In this document: positions 29,842 to 41,046 of the stretch, piece by piece
Numbering within the stretch: position 1 is the stretch's first letter
Layout: the number at the start of each line of letters is the position of its first letter
Assembly (NCBI GenBank): GCA_963739305.1
Contig: CAVTZU010000017.1
Location: 46,600-110,599 of the forward strand
Length of the DNA: 64,000 bases
Direction of reading: 5' to 3'
From: Candidatus Bathyarchaeota archaeon
GTDB taxonomy: Archaea; Thermoproteota; Bathyarchaeia; Bathyarchaeales; Bathycorpusculaceae
The notes under the pieces: model-generated
Database searches by the model: none
Told to the model about the DNA's origin: nothing
Seen by the model: only the letters and a program-made list of their open reading frames with translations
Made by a program: the position numbers and the translations under genes

Positions 29842-30042
29842 ATGAAAAAGTCAATTATCTTACTTGCAGTTTTGCTAGTACCCCTCCTCCTCATGCCTGC
29901 TGTGATGGCTTTGCAGCAACCAGCTAAGACTCTGAACGTGCGTGCAACCGGATCCGGTCATGACCTCAATTGCGTGCAATGCGGATACTTGGTCCAACCT
30001 TGTGGGCCTGGAAGCGGAGGCGGCGGAGGAGGAGTCATCTAG
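29842..30042 (+). CDS. Small secreted peptide (66 aa) with Cys motif and Gly tail
   Basis: Signal peptide MKKSIILLAVLLVPLLLMPAVMA; CVQC...PCGPGSGGGGGGVI; TATA-like TTTATAAG at ~29795 and SD GGGAGG upstream. Confidence 0.7.
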   Translation: MKKSIILLAVLLVPLLLMPAVMALQQPAKTLNVRATGSGHDLNCVQCGYLVQPCGPGSGGGGGGVI

Positions 30043-30361
30043 CCTTAAGAGACAGAAAGCAACTTGAACCGGAACACTGGGCGCGGCTGCCGATAGCACT
30101 GGCGGAAGACTTGATCAATAACAGGAGTACAATTGCTTCCGACTGTGTCTTCGAACTGACGGTGATGATTGAGGCGATAATATTCCTCTCTCCTTTCTCC
30201 CCTAGTCCTCTATTGTCCTCATGAACCCGACCTTTTCCATTTTTTGCAAACAGATAGGCAGTTACTCTTTGTTCTTACTGAAAACTCTAGATTTTGTTTT
30301 TGTCGCTTGACTCTCTACTGGAGAATTTGCACGCACAACGTGTGCTGAGCGCATGGTTTGT

Positions 30362-30450
30362 TGGCGCGGGGTGTGGGATTTGAACCCACGCGGGTGAAAC
30401 CACCCACAGACTTAGCAGGCCTGCCCCCTACCAGGCTAGGGCAACCCCGC
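30362..30450 (-). tRNA. tRNA-Ser(GCT)
   Basis: Cloverleaf with anticodon arm CAGGC-CT-GCT-AA-GTCTG, long variable arm, GGTTCAAATCC, encoded CCA. Confidence 0.95.
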
Positions 30451-30603
30451 CCTGTTTTTGACTGACCCCACCAGCCTTTTTGGGGCTGGCGATGTTGAGT
30501 GCCTGCCTGAATCTTCATCTTCGTTTCCTCAGGAATATTAGGTTATCTTTTTGAAGGACGTACTCATACCCGAGTTCCAGCAAGGCCTGCGCGAAATGCA
30601 AGA

Positions 30604-31896
30604 CTATTCGTATCTTAGTGCGTCTACTGGTTTGAGTTTTGAAGCTCGCCATGCTGGATAGAGTGCAAAGACCACGCTGACTCCGACTCCGAAGGCCAAG
30701 GCTCCCAAGAACACTGGCAAAGTCAAGATAGGAGTTATCGCCAGTCCTCCGGTTCCAGCGTTAGCTTGGTTCCTCATGAAGACGCCTCCACCACGAAACA
30801 CGACGGCTACTACATTTGCCAGAACCCAACCTAGTCCTATGCCTATCGCTCCGCCCATCAAACCAATTATCACTGCTTCGAACAGAAAAATCAGGAGGAC
30901 GGTTCGGCCTCTGGTACCCAGTGCTTTCAGAATGCCTATTTCGCGTGTGCGTTCCATCAGAGACACTATCATTATGTTCATTATTCCTACGCCAGCAACT
31001 ATAAGTGAGATGGCTGCGATGCCACCCAAGAACAGTTCGATGACGGAGAAAATGTTTGAAATGATGCTTAGTACGGCGGTCGCAGAAATCACAGATACTT
31101 CTCCGGTGAAGGCGTTTTTTATGGTTGCAGTTGCGTTATCAATGACTGCTTGATCACTACTTTTCAACTTCACTATTATCATGTCACATTCATTAGTGTT
31201 GAACAAAGTTTGAGCTTCTGTAATGGGAATGTAGACGCCTGAATCCGACGGACCTCCGACACCGAAAGACCCGATTTGCTTGAGTATTGCCGTAATGTTA
31301 CGCTGTACCGTTATGATCGTTGGTGGACGTGTCGTGGCATTGACCAGAAGGATGTTAATCGAGCCGTTCACGTCAGCGAGCATCGTTCCGTTCAATCGAG
31401 GATCGACTATTCGTTTTCCAACGACAACAGTCTCATTCCTGGAGTTTAATGGTATGGTGCCTCGTTCGGCAACGAAGGTGTCTCCGTAGATGTAATTATA
31501 TTGAGAAAAATCGACTCCCTCGACCGTGACCACTCTGTTGGTGCCTCCTACCGTTACGTTGACCGCTCTCTCGATCACGGCAATCGACGTATCCACATTA
31601 GGTAGCGAGTTGATTGTTTGAGTGTCGTTGACAAATAGTGCGAAGCCGGAATCTCCACCTCCGACGAATGATCCTCCGAATCCTCCTCCGCCTCCGCCTG
31701 GTGTCACGATCAAGGTGTCGGTCGCAAAGCCTCTTTCAAGTTGTGCGGTTATAGTGACTTGCAGACCCTGGCTGATTGAAAGAAGTGCTACGATCGCTGC
31801 TATACCAATTACCACGCCAAGAGTTGTTAAACCAGCGCGCAACTTTCTCAATCTTATGGCGCTGAATGAATAGGAAAGAATGTCTCTGGCTTTCAT
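30604..31896 (-). CDS. MacB/FtsX-family ABC permease
   Basis: LTTLGVVIGI, GIMNIMIVSLMERTREIGILKALG, PAWRASKL.PVDALRYE. Confidence 0.92.
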   Translation of the reverse strand: MKARDILSYSFSAIRLRKLRAGLTTLGVVIGIAAIVALLSISQGLQVTITAQLERGFATDTLIVTPGGGGGGFGGSFVGGGDSGFALFVNDTQTINSLPNVDTSIAVIERAVNVTVGGTNRVVTVEGVDFSQYNYIYGDTFVAERGTIPLNSRNETVVVGKRIVDPRLNGTMLADVNGSINILLVNATTRPPTIITVQRNITAILKQIGSFGVGGPSDSGVYIPITEAQTLFNTNECDMIIVKLKSSDQAVIDNATATIKNAFTGEVSVISATAVLSIISNIFSVIELFLGGIAAISLIVAGVGIMNIMIVSLMERTREIGILKALGTRGRTVLLIFLFEAVIIGLMGGAIGIGLGWVLANVVAVVFRGGGVFMRNQANAGTGGLAITPILTLPVFLGALAFGVGVSVVFALYPAWRASKLKPVDALRYE

Positions 31897-31897
31897 G

Positions 31898-32590
31898 TTA
31901 GTTCACCGTTTCTTGAACGATCAAGCCGTCAAGCATCATCACTATCTTCTTTGACTGAGCGGCCAAGCGCTGATCATGAGTAACCATGATTGCTGTCACG
32001 TGCTTCTCTGAATTTAGAACCTTGATCAGCCCCATGATTTCATTCGCGGTTTTGGAGTCTATGTTCCCGGTGGGTTCATCCATCAACAGAAATCGAGGAT
32101 TGTTTGCCAAGGCTCTCGCAATGGCAACGCGTTGCTGCTCGCCCCCGCTCAGTTCGGCTGGCTTGTGAGCCATTCGGTCTTTCAAGCCTACGGTTGCAAG
32201 AAGATCTTCTGCTCTTTTTCTTCTTTCAGATCTACCTATGTCTGCTATCGATAATGAGAGTTCAACGTTTTCTCTCGCTGAAAAGCGTGGAATGAGATTG
32301 AAAAACTGGAAAACGAAACCGACTCGACGCCTGAGGTCTGTCAGTTGATTGTCACTAAGTGTTGAGATATCAACGCCTTCTATGATCATTTTTCCCGAAG
32401 TTGGCTTATCCAGAGCTCCGATCAGGTTAAGTAGTGTTGATTTGCCGCTTCCAGATGGGCCTAGGATGGCAAGGAAATCACCGTCCTCAACTTTCAGGTT
32501 GACGCCTCGAAGTGCGCTGACAGGGACTTTCCCGAGCAGGTATGTCTTCTGAAGATTCACCGCTTGAACAATCGTTGGCAAGTAGATCAC
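31898..32590 (-). CDS. MacB/LolD-type ABC ATP-binding protein
   Basis: [30 protein letters not shown]. Confidence 0.93.
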   Translation of the reverse strand: MIYLPTIVQAVNLQKTYLLGKVPVSALRGVNLKVEDGDFLAILGPSGSGKSTLLNLIGALDKPTSGKMIIEGVDISTLSDNQLTDLRRRVGFVFQFFNLIPRFSARENVELSLSIADIGRSERRKRAEDLLATVGLKDRMAHKPAELSGGEQQRVAIARALANNPRFLLMDEPTGNIDSKTANEIMGLIKVLNSEKHVTAIMVTHDQRLAAQSKKIVMMLDGLIVQETVN

Positions 32591-32614
32591 CCGCTTGTTT
32601 TGTTCCCTGCCTGC

Positions 32615-33531
32615 CTATTTGTTCAGAAATCGCCATGAGAGCAGTATGCCTATTGCCGCGACTATCACAGCGAATATTCCCACGTATGCAAAGTCAATAC
32701 TTACTTGTCCGAAGTCAATTGTGCTGTTTATCAAGAACTGCCTGACGGCATCAGTAGTGTACGTCATCGGGTTAACCTGCGCCACAGTTTGCAGCCAGGA
32801 AGGCATTATGCTGTATGGTAGGAAAGCATTGCTAGCGAACATTAGCGGCAGCGTTATCAGGTTCATGACAGCCATTGGGGTCTCCATTCTCGTCGATCTT
32901 ATAGTGATCGCGATGAACATTGAAGATAAGCCAACGCACACTAGGAACAGGATTGCGAATACGCCTAGTATGTAGATTGGATTGAAGCTAGCCCCAAACT
33001 GGAGACCGAGTGCGATGGCGATGAGTATTATTACGCCCGCTTGGAACATCGATCGCAGAGTTGCGGAAAGGACTTTGGAGAATACTATTACCCCTCTTGA
33101 TACGGGCGTGGTGAGAGCTTTGTCTAGAAAGCCCAAGCGCCTGTCCCAAACCACTGACATACCGCTAAACGCCGTGGTGAAGAGAGCTGTGAAGGCAATC
33201 ATACCGACGGCCATGAAGGAAAAATAATCAGACGTGTGAAACGTGCTTTGCATTATGCCCGACTGAAGACTTTGAAAGAACCCGCCTAATTGGGCTGCCT
33301 GCGTTGAAGTTAGCGGTGGCGTCAAGACCAAGTTGCCCATTAATTGGTTAACTTTGTCAGGCGAGAAAATAGCACTGATATTCATAGCCTTTCCGAGCAG
33401 ACCCATCCAAATAATCGGCTGAATTATGGAAAGTGTGAATATCACAGGGGCCTTGTACCATTTCTTAAGCTCTCTGTTTGTGAGGGCCCAGAGGCCATGC
33501 AGTTTGTTTCTAGAATTGCCGTTTGTTTCGG

Positions 33532-33535
<4 letters not shown>
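32615..33535 (-). CDS. ABC-2 (DrrB-like) permease
   Basis: WDRRLGFL, MPSWLQ..NPMTY; 6 TM segments. Confidence 0.9.
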
Positions 33536-34525
<990 letters not shown>

Positions 34526-34533
<8 letters not shown>

Positions 34534-35134
34534 CTTGTTTGCCCTCTAACTTTTCGTTTATTCTTTCAAGCTTCTTGATGCTCTCGTTCAAAACTTCACG
34601 CACATCCTCCAAGACATTCTCCGAGAAATGGGCCTCTAAGTTTTCTCCGAGTTTAAAGGAAACTCTTATCAGCTTCTTCATGGACTCGCGCAGCTCTTCT
34701 GTTTTTTCCGGGGGAAGATGGAACCACGGTGCCATCATGAACGGTGGGCCGAAGAATTTTCTCCCTCGTCTGAACTTCATGTAATTTTTCTTCTGCTCAT
34801 CTATCATCTTCTCCTGCTCCTCCATGATCTTCCTCTGCTCTTCCAGGACATCCTTTCCACTGTCTGTAAGTTCATAGCGTTTCATTCCACTCTGGTTTGA
34901 CGGTAACTCTCGGATGTGTCCGTTATCCTGCAGCCAAGATAATAGCGGGTAGACTGAGCCTGGACTGGGTTTCCAGCGACCGTTCGTTCTGGATTCAATC
35001 TCATTTATTATTTCTGATCCGGACATTGCCTGCTTGTTTAAAGATTCTAGAACTTGGTAGCGTATGAACCCCTTCGGAACCATGGCTGTGTGTCTCATCC
35101 AATGTTTTCTATGCTCAACCATCATTATCACCAT
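34526..35134 (-). CDS. PadR family transcriptional regulator
   Basis: WKPSPGSVYPLL, KRYELTDSG. Confidence 0.9.
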
Positions 35135-35183
35135 CGATATCGTAATTGATTATCGCCATTGATATCAACTGTGATATATAAGC
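35135..35183 (-). promoter_or_regulatory. padR promoter with GATATC-centred palindromes (candidate operator)
   Basis: CGATATCG (35135-35142) and TTGATATCAA (35159-35168) lie between the start codon and a TATA-like CTTATATATC on the minus strand. Confidence 0.5.
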
Positions 35184-35466
35184 ATTCCGACTCAAACTGG
35201 AAATTAAGTTCGGCCAACTGATGCTCCGACACGTTCGCCCTCAACCGCTGTTAGCACATTTTTGGGATTCAACCCGACTACCTTTGCCCTTCAAAGAAAG
35301 AAGAAATATGGAAACGTGAATGCGCGCGCTATTTTGTCGCAGTCTGCCTTCCAATAGCGCGCTTTTCTAAATTGGAAAGTGGAGACTAGAAGCAATGTTA
35401 GGAAGAACGTGGTATGTAACAATCAGCTTTGCGCGCTAGTAAGCTGGCAGTGCTGAAAAGGTTTCG

Positions 35467-36475
35467 TCAATGAAGGAATAAGAGCGCAGGCTTTTCAACG
35501 TCTTTCCAGCTTGGAGCCGTAACTATGAATGATTTGCTCAATTCTTCCTTGCCAAACTTGACTATTACGCGTCCCTGTTTTTTGTCCGAATAGTAAGCAG
35601 TCAACGAAGCCGCCTCTTCTATGGCCTCTCTGGTCTTTGGTCCTTGAAGCAGCGTGATTGGGCTTCCCGTATCTTGGGCTTCAAAGCGATAGTCAGCTGG
35701 CATCTTCAGTTTTGACAGAAGGTTGTTTTCCGCTTCGTTCCTGCCGACTATGATTTTGTTTTTATTAAATCTGAAGTGTCGTCCGAGCTTCAGCAATTGC
35801 ACATCTTCCATAGAAACTCTCTTTTTGTGCTCAAACAAATCTTTGAGTTTGAGGGCAAACTCCCTGTATGTCAGTAGACAACCCCCGCTTGGACAAGAGT
35901 AATCTGTCACTTTCAGTTCTCTGGCAAGGCTGAGCTGTCTCTTCCTCGATCTGCCCTCAATTCCAAGGAGCTTTTCTCGATCCACCATGCCATCTTATCT
36001 CTGCCTTAGTTGGAGGAAGGAGTTTCGCGGAAAGAGGTCTCACGATCTCTCCTTTCAAACCAGCCTGCTCTTCTATAATGCCCAGGGTTCTCCCGTGCTG
36101 AGACATTGGTCTTTGACCCAAGACTTCGCCCGTGAAAATGAACGCTGCACCTGATTCGCGCGAATACTTCTTGGCTTTTTTCAGCATGAATATCCTACAG
36201 TCGATGCAAGGATTCATGTTCTTTCCGTAGCCAAACCGTGGGTTCCTGACAACCTTCAGATACTCTTCGCCCACGCTGATGGTCTTCAACGGCACGTTAA
36301 GGTTCTTTGCCACTTTCATGGCTCCGCACCCTCCTTTTCCGCATAGACAGAAGGGGCTTACAAAGTTGACTGCTTCAACATCAATACCTTGATCTAACAA
36401 AAGCTTCACGGCGAGCGTGCTGTCTAATCCGCCTGAAAGAAGGCCCAGAGCCTTTGTTTTGAGTTTTGCTCTCAT
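35467..36475 (-). CDS. ThiI-like PP-loop tRNA-modifying protein (DUF814-type C-terminus), frameshifted near 35990
   Basis: LSGGLDS, NPCIDCRIFM, GEVLGQRPMSQ, then PSGGCLLT and GRHFR in the next frame. Confidence 0.8.
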
Positions 36476-36806
36476 TCACTTCGTTCCTTGTATGGCTTAT
36501 GCTTCCTTTACTTTGATATATTAATGAATCACTCTGTAGGCGAGTAAGTTGAAATGCATGCTCTTAAATAGTGATGGACGTTCATAGCAGCACGTGATAC
36601 GTCTGTCGTTAAGACAAGCGCGCGCATCCCAGTCGTGAGCAATGTACGAAATCGTCTTCTGGGCGTTCCTCTTTTCTCGGAGAATCATCTTACAAAGACC
36701 TGCATGTTCTTGGTTCGGATAGCTGACGTCCAGGGCGCGCACACCTTCTCGGTTACGCACATTTATATTATCGAGTTCAGCAAAGCAATGAAACGAGGCA
36801 GTCTCA

Positions 36807-37331
36807 TTGAAAGACATTGAACTCAGGTTAATCGCTGAGCTCATGAAGAATAGTCATCGAAGCGATAGGGAATTAGCCAGTGTTACTGGGGTTTCTCAGC
36901 CCACGGTCAGCAGAATCATTGACAGGTTGAGAAAAACTGGCGTCATAAGAGAATACACAATTATTCCAGATTTCAACAAACTCGGATACCACTTGTGTGC
37001 GCTGACTTTCGCAAATTTCGAGACGCCGAAGGACTTGGAGGCCATGAGAAAGCTCATTGAAACATACGGGAACAGGCTCTCTGAAATTCCAGAGGCTGTG
37101 TTGATTGAAAGAGGATTGGGCGAGGGAGCCAATGGAGTGGTAATTTCTCTTCATGAGAGCTATTCTCATTACATGGATTTCCAGCGTTGGATGAAACAGT
37201 TCTTCCCTCAGAGCAGGTATGAACTTCACAGTTTCATTATAGATCTTGACGACAAGATCCACTATCGATATCTCACTTTCTCGACGCTTGCCAAGCACTT
37301 GTTGACGATGCAAAATCGCAAGGAAGAATGA
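36807..37331 (+). CDS. Lrp/AsnC family regulator
   Basis: SDRELASVTGVSQPTVSR...IREYTIIPDFNKLGY. Confidence 0.88.
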   Translation: MKDIELRLIAELMKNSHRSDRELASVTGVSQPTVSRIIDRLRKTGVIREYTIIPDFNKLGYHLCALTFANFETPKDLEAMRKLIETYGNRLSEIPEAVLIERGLGEGANGVVISLHESYSHYMDFQRWMKQFFPQSRYELHSFIIDLDDKIHYRYLTFSTLAKHLLTMQNRKEE

Positions 37332-37385
37332 AGAACGCGTGCACATCGCAGTACGCATCGAAATCAAGCATGGAAAGAGAATCCC

Positions 37386-37853
37386 ATGAAAGGGCGAACT
37401 AGCCAGTTCTCGGAAAGAGCAACGAACTATTTCAGGGGCGACTACAACTGCGCCCAAAGCGTTCTGCTGGCGATGCAAGAATATTACGGCATCCGCGCAA
37501 ACAGACTGGTCCCCAAGATAGCTACTGCTTTCGGAGGAGGAATCGGAAGACGAGGGTCACTCTGCGGAGCATTGACAGGAGCCATCATGGCCATTGGGCT
37601 GAAACATGGAACCAACAAGACAGTTTTAATAGAGAAAGAAAAAGCATACGCTATTGCTCTGAAATTCTATGATCAATTTGTGGAAGAATTTGGCAGCCCC
37701 TTTTGCAGAGAGCTCATCAAATTTGACTTGACTAGTCCCGAAGAACTCGAAAGACTGCGCAACTCGAACGTGCGCGATAAGAAATGCTCACATTTCGTGA
37801 AAAGAACCGTTGAGATCCTGATTGACCTAGAATCTAAAGAGTTCAAGGCCTAA
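37386..37853 (+). CDS. C_GCAxxG_C_C family putative redox protein
   Basis: YNCAQSV, FGGGIG..SLCGALTG, FCRELI, KC. Confidence 0.88.
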   Translation: MKGRTSQFSERATNYFRGDYNCAQSVLLAMQEYYGIRANRLVPKIATAFGGGIGRRGSLCGALTGAIMAIGLKHGTNKTVLIEKEKAYAIALKFYDQFVEEFGSPFCRELIKFDLTSPEELERLRNSNVRDKKCSHFVKRTVEILIDLESKEFKA

Positions 37854-37861
37854 CAAAGTAA

Positions 37862-38965
37862 CTAGGCATCCATGAACTTGCCGTCCTTATAGAATAACTT
37901 GCCATCAGCGTAAATCTCGCCGCCCTTTTTCATGTCCTTAAGAATATCCCAATGCAGAGCTGACTTGTTCAACCCGCCTGTATCAGGAATCGGGTTGAAC
38001 CCCAGAGCCATATGAATCGTTCCACCCATCTTCTCATCAAACAACATATGCTTCGTAAACCGGGTAATCTGATAGTTCGTCCCAATCGCAGCCTCACCCA
38101 ATCGATCCGCACCATCAATCTTGAGAAGTTGCTGCAACAGGTCATCACCCTTCCCAGCAGAAGCCTTCACGACTCTGCCATCCTTGAAAGTCAACCTTAT
38201 GTCCTCGATCTCTTTACCGTAGAACAAGCCAGGGAAAGTGAATCGAACTGTACCATTCACCGAATTCTCAACTGGCGACGTGAAAACCTCGCCGTCTGGC
38301 ATGTTCTTTTCCCCACAACAATTTATCCACTTCCGACCCTTCACACCGTAAGACAAGTCAGTATCTTCACCCACAATACGAATCGCACTCTTCTGGTTCA
38401 AGAAGTCGCAGATCTTTTGCTGCTCCGCACGAATCTTCTTCCACTCCGCAACAGGATCCTCCTTGTCAACGAGACAGCTCTTGTAAACAAAATCTTCATA
38501 CTCGGGCAACGCCATCTCAGCCTCCTGCGCCATGGCATCAATCGGATACGGAAGCCCACCCCACCTGTATTTTCCCTCAGCCTCCCTCCTGAACAAAGTC
38601 TCAGCAAGCCCACTCCGAGAAGCCTGACGAATCCGCATCTTCTCAGGATTCACACTTGTCAAGCCCTTAGGATTAGGCTCACAGAAAATCCCAATCGAAA
38701 CATCCATATTCTCAACAATAAACTTCTCAAACGGCGAAACATACTGCAACTGATGCTCCTTTGCCGTCTGATAGAACGTGTACTGAACGTCAAGATTCGG
38801 CAAAATATGCGGATAAGCCTCAGCCAACAAACACTCCCTGTAAAGCTCGTTTATCAACGGGCGCGCAACGTAACTTCCCTGTATCACCACATCTTCCTTA
38901 GGTTGAACGTGCACACTATAAGCTACAAAGAGCTTCGCAAGCTTCCGAATCCTATCGTCGACCAT
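37862..38965 (-). CDS. Aminopeptidase, M29 (AmpS/PepS) family
   Basis: NMPDGEVFTSP, LGEAAIG, LFDEKMGGTIHMALG, SALHWD. Confidence 0.93.
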   Translation of the reverse strand: MVDDRIRKLAKLFVAYSVHVQPKEDVVIQGSYVARPLINELYRECLLAEAYPHILPNLDVQYTFYQTAKEHQLQYVSPFEKFIVENMDVSIGIFCEPNPKGLTSVNPEKMRIRQASRSGLAETLFRREAEGKYRWGGLPYPIDAMAQEAEMALPEYEDFVYKSCLVDKEDPVAEWKKIRAEQQKICDFLNQKSAIRIVGEDTDLSYGVKGRKWINCCGEKNMPDGEVFTSPVENSVNGTVRFTFPGLFYGKEIEDIRLTFKDGRVVKASAGKGDDLLQQLLKIDGADRLGEAAIGTNYQITRFTKHMLFDEKMGGTIHMALGFNPIPDTGGLNKSALHWDILKDMKKGGEIYADGKLFYKDGKFMDA

Positions 38966-39123
38966 AACATACACCTTTTGTAGCAATTTTTATGGTAGAA
39001 GCATGCTTAAAACCTTGCCGTCGCAATCATCACACCTTTACAGCAAAGTGGAACGTCATAGCCCGAAACGTCGAGATTAAGCAGTTGACAACCCTTTTTA
39101 CCCGATGAAGAGTGACTATCTGA

Positions 39124-41046
39124 ATGAAAGGAGAGAATCAACCAGACATGTCATCACTGAGCAGCACGATCAGAAGGACCAGCGACGTTCTCAGACTGGG
39201 TGCATCCTCCCAAGTCTCTGACTACGAACAGCGATTCTCATCCCTGAGAAACCTCTACGATGATCTACTTTCAAATTTCGTCAGGACAAAATTCGATCGC
39301 GAAAAAGCATACGAAACTGCAAAAGAATTCTTCGGCACCACAGCCATCCGCTTTGCGGGCATCGACGGAACGATGTACTCCCGTCCCTTGTTTGATCTCG
39401 TCATCTTCTTCGGAGGCGCCTATGCATCAACAGGCACAATCACCCTGCAGCAAAAAGACCCGCCTCAAGTGGATTACGACGCAAAGACAATCCAGCAAGC
39501 CGCCGGAATATCAAGCGTCGTCCCAATATACGTCAACGAAATCCCCGAAGTAGACCACGCTTTCTATGAAAGCCAAGAGGCAGGAGCTATCAACCCAGAC
39601 AAATCTCTGACCGACCAATCGATCATCAACAACGCAACAATTTCGAACTGGATAATGACCTTCGCCGAATTCTACCTCGCATACAAACTGGTTACCGAAA
39701 AAACACAGAACTTCCAACTAGTACTGCTGGACAGGAGCCTATCGATCGAACGAGCAAGCCTCATCTACGACACCGCAAAACGCGAGCTGTGGAAAACAAG
39801 AAGCAGTCTAGTTGGCTATCGAATTGACGACGATGAAGCGTTCGACGTCAACGATTTCACGATCGCACGGCAATCCGTCCTCAACGAAGCATTAGGCCTA
39901 CCACCTCCACGCGGTGACTACCTGGGACACGCCATCATTCAAGCGGTCAAAACGAAAGGGCTTTTGAGCGAGAAGCAGATTCTGACTGAACTCGGCATAG
40001 AGGACGAAAAAAGGACGAAGAGAGTCAATCGGCTTATCAAGCGTTCTCTGGATTCGGGAATTCTGACTGAAGAGAACGAAGCTTTCTGCCTGAGCCGGAA
40101 ATACTGCAACGTGCTCGAACGTATTAGGAGGCTTGTCACCACAATCGGGGACAGATTCTTCACCGACAATGCAGTGGCCAAAACGTCGAGCGTCATGAAA
40201 ATCTTAAGGGACGGAAAGGAACAGTGGCTTACGACCGTGGACATCGCCTTCCTTACACTGTTTACTTTACACTTGCTCATGGATGAATGCTGGAAAAGAC
40301 ACATTCTGCTCATAGGAATGACTAAGGACACGGCGGCGAGAGATTTCAAACGGCAACTAATACCGATAATGCACAACGAAGGGCTACTAGAAACATCTAT
40401 CTCAAAAGTCGATTTTGACAAACTGCCGAACACGGACCGGATGATTCTCCAGTCCATGAGCATTCTGAACCCCAGCAAGATCGAACCGCCGTGGAGCCTT
40501 GTTGAGTACGATTCAGCTTTCAGAACGATGGTTGCTGATCCCCAGACTCGCACAGGATTCGTCTCTGGTGCGATAAAGAACCGAATCGGGCTCGAGAAGA
40601 CTTTTGTCAAGACTTACGTTCAATTGAGCCAGGCCAAATCTGACCCGATTCTTCGCAGCAACGTACTACTGATTGACAGGCTGGTCTATCCCGAATATGA
40701 CTGTGAACCCGAAAGCGTCGCTGAATTCTGGAACGAGTTCGGAGGCGCAAAAGAGCCGCTACAAGTCATACTCTTCAAGAACAAAGAAGTCCCGAACAAA
40801 CTCCAAGAAATGATAATGACCATGCTGACGGCGATGGCGCCTTCAAGCATACCTGAAGCATTTGGACACAACAAACCGCTGTTCGTGGCAGACAAAATAG
40901 CAAAATGGAACTATGGCCAATTCAAACTCGTCGTAGACACAACAGCAGACTGGATACTCAATAATCATAAATTAAGAAAGTTCGTATTCTACATGAGCAC
41001 GTTCAGGGAAAGGAGAGCTTCCGTTGAAGCAGCAAGAAGAGAGTAG
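39124..41046 (+). CDS. NurA-domain nuclease (large, with internal insertion)
   Basis: FAGIDGT, VLLDRSL, IGMTKD, GHNKPLFVAD; overlaps the downstream HerA-like gene. Confidence 0.7.
   Translation: MKGENQPDMSSLSSTIRRTSDVLRLGASSQVSDYEQRFSSLRNLYDDLLSNFVRTKFDREKAYETAKEFFGTTAIRFAGIDGTMYSRPLFDLVIFFGGAYASTGTITLQQKDPPQVDYDAKTIQQAAGISSVVPIYVNEIPEVDHAFYESQEAGAINPDKSLTDQSIINNATISNWIMTFAEFYLAYKLVTEKTQNFQLVLLDRSLSIERASLIYDTAKRELWKTRSSLVGYRIDDDEAFDVNDFTIARQSVLNEALGLPPPRGDYLGHAIIQAVKTKGLLSEKQILTELGIEDEKRTKRVNRLIKRSLDSGILTEENEAFCLSRKYCNVLERIRRLVTTIGDRFFTDNAVAKTSSVMKILRDGKEQWLTTVDIAFLTLFTLHLLMDECWKRHILLIGMTKDTAARDFKRQLIPIMHNEGLLETSISKVDFDKLPNTDRMILQSMSILNPSKIEPPWSLVEYDSAFRTMVADPQTRTGFVSGAIKNRIGLEKTFVKTYVQLSQAKSDPILRSNVLLIDRLVYPEYDCEPESVAEFWNEFGGAKEPLQVILFKNKEVPNKLQEMIMTMLTAMAPSSIPEAFGHNKPLFVADKIAKWNYGQFKLVVDTTADWILNNHKLRKFVFYMSTFRERRASVEAARRE

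Noticed and set aside
38012-38983. 323-aa ORF on the + strand
   Set aside because: Antisense shadow of the M29 aminopeptidase, which has strong motifs.
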